Source: Myxococcota bacterium (lineage in GTDB: Bacteria > Myxococcota_A > SURF-8). From it: 64,000 bases of DNA. Below the pieces are notes generated by a model, which saw only the letters and a list, made by a program, of their open reading frames with translations, was not told the origin of the DNA and made no database searches. How positions within the stretch are numbered: the stretch's first letter is position 1; each line of letters opens with the position of its first letter. Location of the stretch: the NCBI GenBank assembly GCA_965140415.1, contig OZ223209.1:5600001-5664000 (forward strand), given 5' to 3'. Shown here piece by piece: positions 62,179-64,000 of the stretch. The translations under genes and the position numbers were made by a program.

Positions 62179-63089
62179 TGTTTTATAACCAACCGCTTCA
62201 GTTTCCTCTTTAGTTTTTCCGGAAACGATAACTTCACAAGATAGTACTTTCTGATGGAATCAGTGAGACTTACAAGAAAAGAAGTTCCAGCTAGCATAGC
62301 TTTGTGGTGATATCCGATGGAATTGTAGATTTCTTTTTGAATAATAATGTTTTGAGCTGCACAGATCGCCAATGAAAGTCTACTGAAAAACACTCCCCTA
62401 TATTTCAATCCTAAAGTATTCATGACCGCTCGTGTAGATTCTTTTGCAGACCCATAAGATACACCAGCCCTTCTGAAAAGCTGTATATCTTCATCCATGC
62501 TGATTTTCCCATTGAAGGCTATAGCAGCAAGCCAACAGCGATCTGCTCCAAATCTATTCTCCATGTTGATTTTTTTAATTAGATCCGTATACATTAATCC
62601 ATAGATTGAAACCAACATTGGCGATGATGCTGACCACGTCGCAACAGAGCGTCTCCACCCTGAATTTTGCTCGAAATTTGCTTGTTTTCCTTCGATTTTT
62701 TTTATTGACCCATCCTTTAAAACAAAGTACGGAACTCCGCATATTAAAACATACTCGGGATGGTTTGAAAGGAAACCGACACAAGTCTCAATATAATCCT
62801 CGCTCAGAAAATCATCATCCGCCAACCATAAAAAATACTTTCCAGAAGCAGCGTCTCTGGTAAATCGGAAATTCGCTATGGCTCCAATATTTTTCTCTTG
62901 TTGAAAATACACAATTCGAGGATCTATTTTTAGAAACTCCCGAGCTACTTGATCGACTCTTGGATCCGGCGAGGCGTTATTTGAAATGATAATTTCCAAA
63001 TTTGAATAGGTCTGTTTTAATAGCGACTCTAGGCTCCGCTTCAGACCATCCGGTCTATTGTAACATGGCAACCCTACGCTTACAAGCAA
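62172..63089 (-). CDS. Glycosyltransferase family 2
   Basis: VSVGLPCYNR, IIISNNAS, NIGAIANF, YFLWLADDD. Confidence 0.92.
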   Translation of the reverse strand: MLVSVGLPCYNRPDGLKRSLESLLKQTYSNLEIIISNNASPDPRVDQVAREFLKIDPRIVYFQQEKNIGAIANFRFTRDAASGKYFLWLADDDFLSEDYIETCVGFLSNHPEYVLICGVPYFVLKDGSIKKIEGKQANFEQNSGWRRSVATWSASSPMLVSIYGLMYTDLIKKINMENRFGADRCWLAAIAFNGKISMDEDIQLFRRAGVSYGSAKESTRAVMNTLGLKYRGVFFSRLSLAICAAQNIIIQKEIYNSIGYHHKAMLAGTSFLVSLTDSIRKYYLVKLSFPEKLKRKLKRLVIKQC

Positions 63090-63149
63090 CTATATACTCC
63101 CTTTAAAAAACGGAATAAGATGAAAATTCTCATTAAACCTACCTTGAAT

Positions 63150-64000
63150 TCATGTAAGTTTCTGGCTTTCCCAATTTAAAAACGGTCGAACAACCCCAGG
63201 AAGCTTGCCGAAAAACTTGGCCCTTGTCGGTGTTTCATCAAACTGGTCAACTACTTTAAATTTCAGAAGATCTCGGGCATAAAAATGTACTTCAGATCTA
63301 ATTAAGAAAGAAGACAAAGCAACACCAACAGAAAACATGCCATCATTAAATAAATTACCAGGGATTTTGCAAGTAGATTTATATCTACCGGGAGTATCTG
63401 TTCTTACAGGAACATTCTTCCCAGCACTCATCGTGACAAAGCAGCAGATACCCTCTGAGTTAAAAAAATGTAGATTAGGAACAACTTCCACGTTTCTTAC
63501 TAAAATATCATATTCAAATTCAACAGAGAAGGGATCGCTAATATTGATTTCGGAAGAAGACTTGCCTCTACAGTCCACAATTCGGGCAGCGCGTAACCTC
63601 GCTTTCACATCTCCTAAGGATTCAATTTTACTATATGATACTTCACACCTGCCACCATTTTCCGAAAAGTAATTTTCGATAACACTGGATGTTGGTCCGA
63701 TTTGTATTGCCACTCCCTTTTCCAGATGTACCGAACGCTGGCACAGTTTATTGATAACCGCCATATTATGACTGACAAACAGCACGGTGCGGCCCTGTTT
63801 GGCTACGTCGCCCATTTTTCCCAGGCATTTCTTCTGGAATTCGGCGTCACCAACCGCCAGGACTTCGTCCACCAGCAGAATCTCCGGTTCCAGATGCGCC
63901 GCCACCGCAAAAGCCAGGCGCACGTACATGCCCGAAGAATAGCGCTTGACCGGCGTGTCGATGAACTGCTCGATGCCGGAAAAGTCCACGATTTCATCGA
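63150..64000 (-). CDS. wzt: Polysaccharide ABC transporter ATP-binding protein with C-terminal carbohydrate-binding domain (5' end outside window)
   Basis: FIDTPVKRYSSGMYVRLAF, ILLVDEVLAVGDAEFQKKC, VLFVSHNM, then a Wzt_C-like beta domain. Confidence 0.92.
   Translation of the reverse strand, partial: DEIVDFSGIEQFIDTPVKRYSSGMYVRLAFAVAAHLEPEILLVDEVLAVGDAEFQKKCLGKMGDVAKQGRTVLFVSHNMAVINKLCQRSVHLEKGVAIQIGPTSSVIENYFSENGGRCEVSYSKIESLGDVKARLRAARIVDCRGKSSSEINISDPFSVEFEYDILVRNVEVVPNLHFFNSEGICCFVTMSAGKNVPVRTDTPGRYKSTCKIPGNLFNDGMFSVGVALSSFLIRSEVHFYARDLLKFKVVDQFDETPTRAKFFGKLPGVVRPFLNWESQKLT

Overview
Bacterial chromosomal window, most likely a Myxococcota/deltaproteobacterial lineage. This is inferred from a complete mevalonate operon, a MYXO-CTERM-like tail, Cys-rich lipoproteins and a stand-alone PhaR-type regulator. 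It carries housekeeping genes (argS, dacB, RqcH/NFACT, Kef-type antiporter, fni-mvk-mvaD-pmk-hmgR-mvaS), many secreted proteins sharing an Asp-Gly-Asp (DGD) linker motif, two sensor kinases, radical SAM enzymes and a low-GC polysaccharide cassette at the right end. The best-supported unusual system is a complete IS110-family bridge-recombinase element (28126-29298). Its non-coding left end encodes a readable bridge RNA whose donor guides match the element's own ends and whose target guides match a GTAG-type REP. The element sits inside one such REP, and unoccupied copies lie at 30.6-30.7 and 50.4 kb. Also notable: a SIR2-TPR candidate defence protein with a recently homogenised 105-bp repeat array, an orphan DsrP-like gene with paired TetR-type operators, a heme-c sensor kinase paired with a receiver-GcvH-like regulator lacking the lipoyl lysine, several REP/MITE families, and an apparent module swap inside wzt. 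No rRNA, tRNA or CRISPR array was recognised. Product calls rest on motif recognition by eye, not database searches.
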